A stretch of DNA of 52,491 bases, counting the filler, from Catajapyx aquilonaris (lineage: Eukaryota): NCBI GenBank assembly GCA_000934665.2. It is 3 parts of 3 records of this genome, joined end to end, with 100 filler letters (N's around TTAATTAATTAA, not from the genome) between each part and the next. Parts side by side here need not be neighbours in the genome. Positions count along the whole stretch, not along the records: positions 1 to 17,587 come from KZ539623.1; 2 more parts are not named here. One strand, 5' to 3'. Made by a program: the position numbers and the translations under genes. This document shows, piece by piece, positions 1 through 11,707 of the stretch; position 1 is the stretch's first letter; every line of letters starts with the position of its first letter. The notes beneath the pieces are model-generated. The model had not been told where the DNA came from. It made no database searches and worked only from the letters and a program-made list of their open reading frames with translations.

Positions 1-217
1 TCATGTACTACAGCCGCCACAAAAGTGTGAAAATGCCCATAATTGGCCCTATTACCAAATATTCGGGATTTTGGGACTCTTCCCTCAATCACAGTCCAGT
101 TTGCTATCAGTGTGCCAAGTTTCAGCAGTCTCAGTGGTATGAAAGTGGGTTAGGTAGGTCGGTTAGGTAGCCCGGACACACATACAGACAAACTTTGCCT
201 TTTATATTAATAGAGAT
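1..217 (+). mobile_element. 3' end of a Helitron-like (Lep1-type) non-autonomous element
   Basis: Ends ...catacagacaaactttgccttttatattaatagagat and contains tgtgccaagtttcag, resembling insect Lep1-type Helitron 3' ends (recall only). Confidence 0.4.
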
Positions 218-243
218 TCATACTGTCCTTGCAAGGAGCGAAT

Positions 244-435
244 CAAGGGGGTAATCACTCGACTGAAAAGTGTACACCGGAGTACCAAATTCAAGGAGTA
301 CCGAGGAGTACCGAGGAGTACCAAAGAGTACCAAAGAGTACCAAAGAGTACCGAGGAGTACCAAGGAGTACCAAAGGAGTACCGAAGAGTACCACTGCAG
401 GTGTACACCAGAGTACCGAAGTGATTACCCCCTTG
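244..435. mobile_element. 192-bp MITE (hAT- or P-like) with internal minisatellite
   Basis: Perfect 16-bp TIRs CAAGGGGGTAATCACT (244-259 / 420-435); perfect 8-bp TSD GAGCGAAT (236-243 / 436-443). Confidence 0.85.
280..420 (+). repeat. ~10-bp tandem repeat GAGTACC(G/A)A(G/A), about a dozen units
   Basis: Direct reading: gagtaccgag gagtaccgag gagtaccaaa gagtaccaaa ... Confidence 0.9.
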
Positions 436-906
436 GAGCGAATAGTGTTGACGTCACAAACAAATGCATACTCGACCTTATCACGTTATGTTTCAGGACA
501 CGAAATACAGTACTACAAGTATTTTGTGACATGGGCAACAAAAACACTAATTACTCGAATAATTCAAAAAAGTACAAATTTACCTATTTTTTTGCAAATA
601 TGTCATATTTCATCACTTATAAGTTATAACTTATAAACAATACTACACAAATACTACGAGTACATTGTGCAGATTTCCATGTAGCAAAATCTCGCTGTTG
701 CCACTGTCATTATGTTGACGTGACAGTGGCATAGAAGTTTCAAATGGCCTCTCCGATAGGAGTTACACAGACAACATGCAGCTTCCCTGGAATCATGCAG
801 GTCGACGGATTTTTTAAAAAATACTTGGAGTTCTGGGTCATTACGACCTTCTCACAACGAGCAACATAACGATTGCAAAACTGTGACATGGAATAGTTGC
901 AACTCA

Positions 907-1505
907 CAAGGGAACTGTAAGTGTCGTAAATAGAGTTTCTGAATGAAACTTGGCACAATAATATAGTCAGGTAAGTTATTATTAAACAAAATGCAAACAA
1001 TTTATACGGAACCATACAAGGTCAAAAGTTTTGACCTCTCGAACTCACAGGGGACACTTTCCAAGGTCTCACCGATTTTCTTGAAATTCGGTACATTGGT
1101 AGCCCATCCCAAGGGATGGAAAAAAACGGACCTAAAGTGACCTGCTCAAAATGACCCAGTGATCCCTTTTGGGGGGGCTACCAATGCACCGAATTTTAAG
1201 AAAATCGGTGAGTTTTCGGCATTTACGAGTGGACATCTGCCCCCCAAAAAGGGGTCACCGGTTCATTATGAGCAGGTCACTTTAGGTGCGTTTTCAAGTC
1301 TTGGGGTGGGCTACCAATATGTACCCAATTTCAAGAAAATCGCCGATACCTTGGAAAGTGTCCTTTGTGAGTTCGAGAGGTCATAACTTTTGACCTTGTG
1401 GGCATTCGCCTAAATTGTTTGCATTTTGTTTAATAACTTACCTGCCTATATGATTGTGTCAAGTTTCATTTAGCAACTCCATTTACAACACTTACAGTTC
1501 CCTTG
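907..1505. mobile_element. Tc4/Tc5-like foldback MITE
   Basis: ~270-bp imperfect inverted arms starting CAAGGGAA; TCA duplicated on both sides; empty site reconstructs as CTCAG. Confidence 0.8.
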
Positions 1506-4500
1506 TCAGAAAGTGTTATTTGTTACACTGCATCTAACCAGCTACATACATCTGCGTAAATCGAACGAGTTTGTTACATATTGTTACGGGGTTTCGATCT
1601 TCACAGGTAATGGTGCAACTATGCCTAAATGAATGTACGATGTCACATTACTTAGGCCTGTATTACCTGGAGCAAAAATCCATTATTTTATTCCCCATTA
1701 CCCTTTTTTTCCAACTGCGAAGCGCCACTGTTCACTGTTGCACTACTTGCATATGTATTTTAAGAGACTTGAGATGTGCACTCGGGCTCCCATTAGAGCC
1801 ATTCAAATAAGCTGTCGTATCTAATCTGCCTTTTAGCCCACATCCTTTGCCACAGGCATGGCAACAAAAAGGAGGCCTATGAATCTAACGCCCTCCATCC
1901 TCGAACAGCAAGTTTATATTCATAGCATTGAAACTTATGGAATTCACTCGCAACCTCGGGTTTGTTACTACGATCATTTTCGAATGGGGCCATTGAAGAC
2001 GTCATACAGAATAGAGTGGAAAACTTTTTTAAATTATTATTTTAATATAGACCTAGATTTTTTTGTTGGCTTCGTCTGTCCATCTAGTCAATACGGGTGA
2101 TGTGCAAAAAAAAAGGCAGGAAGGCAGATGCAGGCGACAGGGTTGAAAGGAGTTGAAAAGCGTTATTAAACCAGAGATCACCAACTCTGAACCGGATTTT
2201 TATGAGGCACATGCAGACAGGCGAACGCAAATTAGATCTGGTAGGCTGACATTTTGATCCTATAGGATAATTGAATGCAGATTACCGCTTCCAATTAATG
2301 AGATCCGTAAATCAGGTTTAAATCATAATTAGGGTGCAGCATATTTTTATTAGATTTCATTTTACTGCGTCGATGAGAACATATCAGGTGCACACAATAT
2401 GAAATATCAACATATGTTTATATTATAATGACTTTATTACATTGTTTTTTATATGCTGTGGTCGATGCACCGATGACTTCTGCACCATAATAATGTCTGA
2501 AATTTTAATTACAATAAATAAAAAATGACAATTTTCTGAGATCTGCATATGGGCCCTGAACATCAAGGTAAAAGGTTAATGATAGACCTGCAATATTTAT
2601 TATAATGAGCCTGTCTTGCATTCTTGATATAAAGGCTTGCGATTTGAGGAAGCTTGACCTCCTGGGGAAGTAGAGTTTGACCCCACTAAAACTTAGAAGG
2701 TCACTTCAAACACCGGCATTGACTTTTCCGAGGCGAATATATAGCTCCGCAGGTAGGACGCAATCACTTTAGTGGACAAAAATCTAATTTACCTTCCCCC
2801 ACGTCAACTTCAGCTGAAAAAATTCATAGTTTTCTTGCACCCTGCCTAACCTTTGCAGCTGGTTTTTATCCCACGCTGTCGTTTCTGGACCCGGGAAAAA
2901 ATGAGGAAAAATGGGTTACCCTTGGGGTTTCCGTGGAGGAATGACAGGCCCTGGTTAGCCATTTTTGTGGTTGCCTGCGACCATTTGATAAGGCACAAAT
3001 TGGCAAAGTCACAATAACGTTTTTTGGCCTGCGGCGCACAAGACGGGAAGTAATTGTTGCGGATATAGACAATTCTATTAGTATAAATTATTAAACTTTA
3101 CAAATGACAGTTGCCTGAGATCTAAGCCGAAGTTGCAATATTGCACAGTGAAAGTGCCTCAACTACAGTAGGTAAGATCTTGATTAGTAGTATATATACT
3201 GACTGTCATTAATCTCATTATGCTTTGACTCACTTTGACTTCATTACAGTGCATACCTATAAACTATGAAAGCAGCCTGCTCACTCCAAATACGCCCACG
3301 TTGCATGAGCTGCAATACACTGTACCACACTTGTATATTAGGAGGCTATCACAGTTACTCTTCATTTTTAGGTGGGGACTGCTACAGTGCGGCATGTTAC
3401 TGCCTTGATCATTTGGTGGGTTTTGCATGAAGTGGCTTAGGCAAATGATTACATGATGCTGAAAGGTCAACAAAACTAATTACTCACAATCACAGCCTGG
3501 GCGCTCGGATAGTTTTGTAAGTGGGCGGCGAACTTTCCTAAACTTTTAATAATCCCCATTAGGTGCTACCGGGTGCTACATAACAGCAATCTGAATAATT
3601 GAACCAACTCTAATAACTCGATAATTCGAATTAGATCATATCTAAAACCGTGTGGGACTATCCAACACAGAATATGGAGCTTTCGCTGCAATTGTTTTAT
3701 AAAGTAGCAAAGCACATGAAAAGGGGATGAAACATTGCCATTATGCCCTTTTGGTAACAGTGGTTGTCACATTTAAGAATTTTAAAATTGCTGATGCGTG
3801 CATATTGGGGCATTATCACAAGGCAAAGCTATACTTAAGTACAATAATTTCATGACACAGTTGCCAGAAACATCATTCATAATACTGTAAATACTGTAGC
3901 AATTGAGAATGAAAATAGTTCCACCTACAGTAGATACTTCGTTTCGCATTCTAGATTGGCCACTTCCTGGCCCGGGGATGACGTAAATGCCATAAAATTG
4001 TGCCGATGTTTTGCCAGCACAGTTTTGTTCAAGCTTCGATCCGCTACCTCGTTATGCCTCATCTTATTACCAAGGATCCCTTAATTNCCCCCCCCAACTC
4101 AATTATTTCCATCTCCTCCCATGGCATGCAGCCCACTTCATACACCACATACCTCATATCTGCAACAATAACAACACCAATCGGCGCATACCTTCCAGCT
4201 ATAGCCAACTTTATATCATATCCTCCGAACCATATGGTACATCGCTCTACTCGCTCCACTCGCCAAAAAACATACAAAGTAGCCTAAAACCAACCCCACA
4301 ATTTTGACTACCTCTCTATCTTTTATTATTCCAAGTATCACATAAGCCTGCACGAAGGCCGCATGTGTGTGTGTGGGTGATATCTTTCCCACCCGCTACC
4401 ACCCTACCCTCATCCCCCTGCCTTTCCCCGATGCCTGCAACAGCGCCCCCCCTTTTGTAAGTAATCGTTATCTTGCGGAGGTGGCGGTGGCGGCAGTGCA

Positions 4501-4670
4501 GCGCGGGTGGCCCCCCGTGCTAGACCTACTCTAGCTCTCTCCTATCATTTGGCTGAAAAAAAAATATATATAGCCTGCGACCTGTAGTCTCCAGCAGTAC
4601 CCCCTGAAGCCTGGAGTTGGCCAATGGAATGCGGCCAAAAGATGTGATTCGGCAAGATGGCGCCGGAAAA

Positions 4671-4779
4671 ATGACAACATATGGCGCCAGTGTGGGCTTC
4701 ATCATGATCGCCCTGTTGCTGCCCTGCTGGAGTTTGGCCGCAACTATTTATGCAGCGGCGGAACCCAATGGCTTCTCAG
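4671..4779 (+). CDS. Putative first coding exon (signal peptide) of a secreted or membrane protein
   Basis: MTTYGASVGFIMIALLLPCWSLAATIYAAAEPNGFS followed by phase-1 donor CAG|GTAATG; GC-rich upstream region with CCAAT and CAAGATGGCG (YY1-type) motifs. Confidence 0.55.
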
Positions 4780-5843
4780 GTAATGTTAAGAAGTTTTGAA
4801 AATACCGCCATTTTTTTTTTCGACAGCTGGGAGGGAATCGCGTGACTTAACATGTGATGTAACCGATTTGAAATTAGGTGACATTGTTGCGGATACATTT
4901 GGATGAGTTCGAGCATGACATATGGTTTAATATGACTTGATTACAGGGAGGACTGGCTGGTTTTGTAAATGTGCTCACAGTATTATTGCCAAGTTTTCAC
5001 CATTTTTACCTACTACTGAAACTACTGAAAGATATGCATGTATCCGCTGAATGATAGGTGTGTATCCGCCTGGAAGGAAAGTTAGGTCATGCCCCCTGCC
5101 AAATTCGGTCAGCCAATATGAAAGTCCTTCCATGTAATAATAACTAATGCTCATTAAAAGGATACCTTATTTTTGGAGGGAGGAAAGTGTGGGCTAATTG
5201 TGCTTATGAAAGTGTGGGCTAATTGTGCTTAGGTAACTGTTTGACATAAGCTGTGTGCAACAACCGGCTGATACAATCGGGCTTGACTTTTTAGCGGGAT
5301 ATACCCTTCACGTTAAGACTCAACATGGTCGATAATTTTGGCGCGATTATATGCATGCACTAGTGGAAAGTTTGCACAGTATGCTTAACCGACTTTCTAG
5401 GAAGCAATTCCATCCTTTGGGAGAAACTGGCTGTAGGCGGGTTATACAGCCAACGAACACCGTTCCTTGTGTACACTCCCTTAAAACAACATTCAGACCC
5501 AAGTTTTATTTAGTTCGTTTTTTTTTCTTCTTCTTCCTACTCGAATGGTACACACTGAAAACTGCTTAATTACAGGATTACGTAAAACTTTCGCTTGCCA
5601 TTAACCTAGCTGATCGAACGTGCACAATTTTGTTGCGTGAGGTGCTAGCCGATTACGTGGGGGATGTAGTAGATAGCTGTTTTTTTTGGTTGACAAACTT
5701 TGTATCGATGGTACGCTGCTGAATTAAACCCCTATTAGGCGCACATTGCACAAACATGGTGCGGGAGAGGATAATTGCATGACGCTTGAAATATCGCGCC
5801 ATTAATTAAGGTGAGGTGGTCAGTTTTAGAGGCTAATATTGGA

Positions 5844-6885
5844 TCATTTTTGTGGTGCAATTTTTTACAAAAAAAAAAATTTAGGCTGGGCCCACTTATA
5901 TCTAGCCAATATGTGATAGCATGTCATGAACAATGTTTTAATTGGGTTTTTAGTTGCGGAACCAGCCAAAAATGATAATTAACGGCGAGGGTAGTACCAG
6001 TCAAATGAAAATTTCAAAGGTACTTAGTTAATAATAACACGAGGGCTGTCAGGTGCAATAAGCACGGGCTTGCTACAGCTCATTTCACAACCATAGTAAT
6101 GGAACAAATGAAAATGATCGAATCGGAAAATGCGAGTACAACATAACTCTCATTTTACATACTGTATATGTAACTCTTTGCAAATATTAGCACAACCTAT
6201 ATGCATTAGGCAATCACTGCATGACATTACGGCCTAGTCTTAATCTCACGTGATAGAGGTCAAAAATAGTACTGACCTCATCGGATTTGTAGTGCAGTCA
6301 CGTTGAAGTGGCTGTGTTTTTTGGGGGTTGGCATTTAAGGAAGTCCTGAGGGTCCAATTTGTTATCTGTTTGTNTCATTTTTGTGGTGCAAAAAAAAAAA
6401 ATTAGGCGGGGCCCACTTATATCTAGCCAATATGTCATGAACAATGTTTTAATTGGGTTTTTAGTTGCGGAACCAGCCCAAAAATGATAATTAACGGCGA
6501 GGGTAGTACCAGTCGAATGAAAATTTCAAAGGTACTTAGTTAATAATAACACGAGGGCTGTCAGGTGCAATAAGCACGGGCTTGCTACAGCTCATTTCAC
6601 AACCATAGTAATGGAACAAATGAAAATGATCGAATCGGAAAATGCGAGTACAACATAACTCTCATTTTACATACTGTATATGTAACTCTTTGCAAATATT
6701 AGCACAACCTATATGCATTAGGCAATCACTGCATGACATTACGGCCTAGTCTTAATCTCACGTGATAGAGGTCAAAAATAGTACTGACCTCATCGGATTT
6801 GTAGTGCAGTCACGTTGAAGTGGCTGTGTTTTTTGGGGGTTGGCATTTAAGGAAGTCCTGAGGGTCCAATTTGTTATCTGTTTGT
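5844..6885 (+). repeat. Near-identical tandem duplication (5844-6373 / 6375-6885), probably an assembly artefact
   Basis: Two ~520-bp copies joined by a single N at 6374, differing by a few indels and substitutions. Confidence 0.85.
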
Positions 6886-8489
6886 GCTAATTACCGGTAG
6901 GTTCCTCGAGTTAGACAAGTGGACCCGTGCGCGGTTAGTTCAAATCCATTTCGACTGGAACGGAAACTGTGTAATAATAAAGTTAGGACAGTCGATCGAT
7001 GCCCTTATGTTAGCCGCTAACTTGCGACGTCCCTTGGCGCACAATGACGTCAATGAGATGCGGATCGTTTGCTCACAAGAGGCTAATAACTTTTGGAGGA
7101 AAACCGCTGCTCACTTACCGGTGAGAAACTGGAAACCGCTAGAAACCGACAGAAAACCCCATTCGAAACCGTGCAACATGACGACCATCTGGAAGCCATG
7201 GTAGAGCAATCAATTGGTAATCGATAGGTACCTACTAGTGACCGATGATGCAAGAGGGGAGGTCCAATTTATGATTCCTGCCATCGGATGAGGGAAGCCC
7301 TTTAACATATACGCTACGTTGAAGAAGAAATATGAATCTGACGTACATCGGCTTCGCGTTGCTATTGGCTCCCAGTGATTGGAGCAAATTGTTGACTTCA
7401 TTGGAGAAAAATAAGGAGTCTCGGGTTCGATTCCAAGTTTTCCTTATTTATAACACCTAATTTGTAGGCTACTAGATGAACAACCAATTGGTCAGTTATT
7501 ATGGGAAAGGGAACGAGTTTCTATAGGAAACCCCACCAAAAAAAAAAAAAGTTATATAACCTGGCTAGCCTTAAGAAAGTAATACGAGACTCTAACCCAC
7601 GTTGGCGACAAGTTCATTGTTTCCTTAAGTTGTTTGATCAAAAAGGTCACTTACCGGGTTCCCTAAAGGCAATTGTGTGAACTTCGGTCGCAGGAGACGT
7701 GATTCGAAGCTGACAGTGGCCAACCAAAAGCCTTACCATTGCACTGTAAGTTTATACCACACGAGGTATTATTTGCAGCATGCCCACGCAAAATAGCCTC
7801 ATCATGTTAATTACTCGTGCAATGACCCTGTACAAATGCGTCTGGAGGAAAACCAATATAAGCTGCCTGGGGAATTGTAAAAGGACAGGTCAACCCAACA
7901 AATGCACTGCAATTATGGCTAGTGTATCAGATTGCTCCATGTAAATTAAGACCAAGCTTTACAACAATAAAGTGGCACAGTAAGTGTCTTTTGAGTGCAG
8001 AGCACACAATAAGTATGCAACACCTGCCCATGTTGTGTGGGTTTAGTATGAGAAAGGTGACATTGTACTGTATTTCCAAGATGCGGGTAAGCCGTGTGCA
8101 CCACCAACGTGCTTTGTCAATGGGCCACCTTGAGTACTGAATAAATATTGTGCAAGAGTGTTTGCTGTGTCATCTCTGCTAGTAGTTGAATTAAGGTTTG
8201 GTTCAACGCGATGCATGAATTTTGACACTGAATAAAACTCATAAGTGCTTATAGCACTCTATATGCCTAGATCACTTCGTTTTGTGTTCATGATAAATGG
8301 CGTTTCTTGCTGAGCCGGAAAATATGGTTAATGACAGCTCAAGCTTGAGTCAGGCTTAGGATTAGATTGAAATTGCACCCTTTCCAATAATATTGACTGG
8401 CAGTGTTCCCCGCCGGGGAACTGGAAGTTGAGTTGATGCACATGAAGCACAAAGAACAATGCAGTGAACACGCGATTTAAACAGTTATA

Positions 8490-8980
8490 TAGGGTGGTCC
8501 AAAAATAGGAAATTGCTTGCAGAAATTCTGCCTGTTTTCGCTTTCGCTGTATGTATTCCAGTAAACAGAAAATATTATGTTACTTTTAGCTTTAGTAGTT
8601 GAAACTAACTTCTAAAATCTTCCTGTAGGAGTTGACCGAGATGACAAAACATGGATATCAAAATTATACTTTTCCAGCTGGCCTAAAGTACGGTTTTCCT
8701 ATCTAAAATGTTAGTAGCCCTATTAAAACCGACCATTTACATACTTCAGCAATAACTTCATTATGCGGCCAAAAATGAATGTGTACCCCGAGCCTCTCTT
8801 TTGGCTAATACTGGGTGGAAAGTACAGCTTGCTATTATTTCGCCACAAAATAGTAGATTGCATAGCATCGAGTTACGATTTAATTTCAACTGATAAATAC
8901 CGAATACTTTTTGCATATTAGTAAGCGGCTAAATATGCATAATTTATGTAAGCAGTATTCCTTTTTGTTGGACCACCCTG
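8490..8980. mobile_element. Tc1/mariner-type MITE
   Basis: Termini TA-(t/c)AGGGTGGTCCAA ... TTGGACCACCCTG-TA. Confidence 0.7.
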
Positions 8981-9569
8981 TATTGTAGACATCCGTAGGC
9001 CTCTAAGGTATTTAGTAAAGGGGTCACTTGTCAAGGTTTTATTGCCATCTAATCACCACATAAGTCTTAGCATATAATCCTTTTCGTTGTCAGCAACTCT
9101 TGCGTTTATCAATAAAACAGCTTAAAACAACGCACGGAATATGATAAAGTACACAGTACTTGCTGTATTTAAAAAACAGTAATACGACCAAATTAATTCT
9201 GACTAATTTATAATGACTTTTCTCGACTGAAACTAGCGGGATGTCATCTTCCGCGGATTAAATAGGCTTGACATAATTATGAGTGTTAAAATTATTTCAA
9301 GTAAATTCTTACCCACTTATTGACACATATGAAAGCACATAATGCGTAGTTACTCGGGCAATATAATTTACTCGTACACACAAAAACCTTTGAGAGGAAC
9401 AATACTATATCAAGCTGTTGCACGTATCTGGCAGCGGAATTGCACGCTCCATATATCTGCAGCCGTCACAACTTTTGAAACGTAACACTGATGACCCGAT
9501 AAAATATACCGTACACTCCCTTTTTTTTCAAAACCAAATGTTCTTTTTCTTTGACCCCGTTTGTAAAAG

Positions 9570-9704
9570 TTTTTCCGGGCAACGACTCAGGTGTCGAGCA
9601 AGTGACACCTACCACTGCTCCACGGAGTTTCTCCTTCAATCAACATCCACTCCGCCGAATCAACGTCACTCAAGATTGGGTCCCAGCGCATACACCGTTG
9701 CCAC
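9570..9704 (+). CDS. Putative second exon of the 4671 gene
   Basis: Pyrimidine tract + AG; 135 nt, phase 1-1, in frame with the 4671 exon: VFPGNDSGVEQVTPTTAPRSFSFNQHPLRRINVTQDWVPAHTPLP (two N-glycosylation sequons); donor GTACGG. Confidence 0.4.
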
Positions 9705-10539
9705 GTACGGCGTTTGGAATTGGACATGGTTTATAACTAGTCACAAATGTTGCTCATTTCACTCACACTGTAACGGTTCATTTGCACATTATTATTAGTG
9801 ATAAATGGTTCACACTGTTCCATTTCCGCTGTGTTAAAACCCCATTGTTTCCAGGCTTGGCAACAGGAAGCGGATGGATGTACAGCTTTTGTACTAATCG
9901 CTTCGATGTAGATGGATCGCTTGCTGTATACTTTGAGCTGATCTCTTGTGTATGACCGAGGCTATTGTGTGCTTCAATTATGCGCCATGTGCTGCACTGT
10001 ACGTGGACGACAATTAAGTCATTTTTTTGGAGTTTTTTTTTTTNTTTTTTTGGGGGGGGGGGGGGCTGCAGTGACGTGCGCACGACTGATAAATTCTGGG
10101 GATAGAATCTGCGGAATTCAAGGCGTCTGGTAGAGGAAAATGCCGTTTGCCGGAATAGTGAGGGAATTAGAATTCTTGAAGCAGGACCAACAGATTTGAC
10201 GAAAAATTCGTGTGGAAGGAATTGAGAACATCAGAGGGATGAATTCACAAAGCACTGCAGCTGTTTACGATAGTTTTTTTTTTGAGCCTATAAAGCAGCA
10301 GTCTATGCTCAGAGCGACATCAAAAACCAATTGAAGGGCTTATTGCAATATGCAACAATAGGCTAATCCACTTTTTGTAAAAAGGACGGACGGAGTAATG
10401 AACTCTAACGTTAAAGTGAAGGGAACATGCATTTATTGCACATTGCTACAAAAAAGCCCCTCATATTTTGGCATATGTCCGAATAATATTCATGAATAAG
10501 GAATATTATCTAACATTGTGGGTTAGCCCATTGTTGCAC

Positions 10540-10540
<1 letters not shown>

Positions 10541-10618
<78 letters not shown>
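10541..10618. repeat. (AAT)n microsatellite
   Basis: Direct reading. Confidence 0.97.
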
Positions 10619-10620
<2 letters not shown>

Positions 10621-11430
10621 GTCATGCATAGTATTGATCTACTAGCTACGTCAGGTTGACGCAAATTTAGCCCCCTTTCCTGTCGTAATCTTTGACCACT
10701 TCCGGTCGCGAAATTGGCTGGGGAACTTTACTACTCAAAGAAAGCTTTATGCGACTATAAAATGAAAACAGCGACCCGGAAACGGACAGATATGTCAATA
10801 AGCTCTCGGAACGAACATAAAATTGACCGTACTTACGTCATGTCCGTTCCTGGACTTGAATGCGACCCGCTATTCAGACGTATATAAAAAGTCTAATTAT
10901 GGCCTACCGGTTGGCAGGTATCAGGTTATTTATGTCAAATTAAGTTCGAAGTTTGAGTATGCAAACGTCAAAAATCTAAAGGTACAGTTATATTGGCTAG
11001 CAGTCATGGCTCGTATATGTAAATGAACCAAGTCGTCCTTTTCCAAGAACAGCTGCGGAATAACGAGGCGACCTTATGAGGTTTTTCTAGTAGTATAATG
11101 AGACGTCCTATTTACTCGGCGCTCAATATCGGGATTATATCATAACAGTGAGGTCCGTATAAGATCGTTATGGGTTCCTCGTATAGCAAAAGAGACTCGA
11201 TGAAGGCTTAAAATAATTTCGACCTTATTAGCTACTGCAATGGCTCTATTTTTAAATTTGCGTGCGATGATGAAAGAGGCGGTGTCCATGATTTGTGAGC
11301 GTCCTTTTGAATTCATTCCAGCTTGAGTCAACATGAGTAAAAGCAGTAGGGTTTTTGAGTCGAAACTACGCAATCCGCTTTTATATCTATCTTGAGCAAA
11401 TTGTTTCTTCATAGTCGCCCTTGATGAAAA

Positions 11431-11707
11431 CCGGCGCCGGTGGAGTGGTTACCGCGCTCGCCTCTGGTTCCAAAGTTGTGGGTTCGAACCCGGCCGAGGT
11501 CGGTGACTTTTCTCCGGGTGGTAGAAATGTGAGAGTGCGCCTTCCTTCGGAGAGGCAGTAAAGCCGTCGGCCCCGTGTGCGCGTGACATTGCGCGAGTAC
11601 ACGTTGAAGATCCCTAGAGTGGCCAAATTTCAAGGAGGAGGGCCACCCCCTGCCCCTGGCGTCGTGTCGGTGTTTATCCTCGCAGCAGATGTTAAGGCCC
11701 CATTAAA
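11431..11707 (+). mobile_element. tRNA-derived SINE
   Basis: A-box-like TGGAGTGG, B box GGTTCGAACC; body ccttccttcggagaggcagtaaagccgtcgg resembles arthropod SINE2s; imperfect TSD cgc(c/t)cttgatga. Confidence 0.75.

Noticed and set aside
229..636. Repetitive 135-aa and 119-aa ORFs, and a possible CRISPR-like array
   Set aside because: Produced by the decamer repeat in the MITE; there are no unique spacers and no cas genes
10468..10659. Poly-Asn ORF
   Set aside because: Translation of the (AAT)n microsatellite
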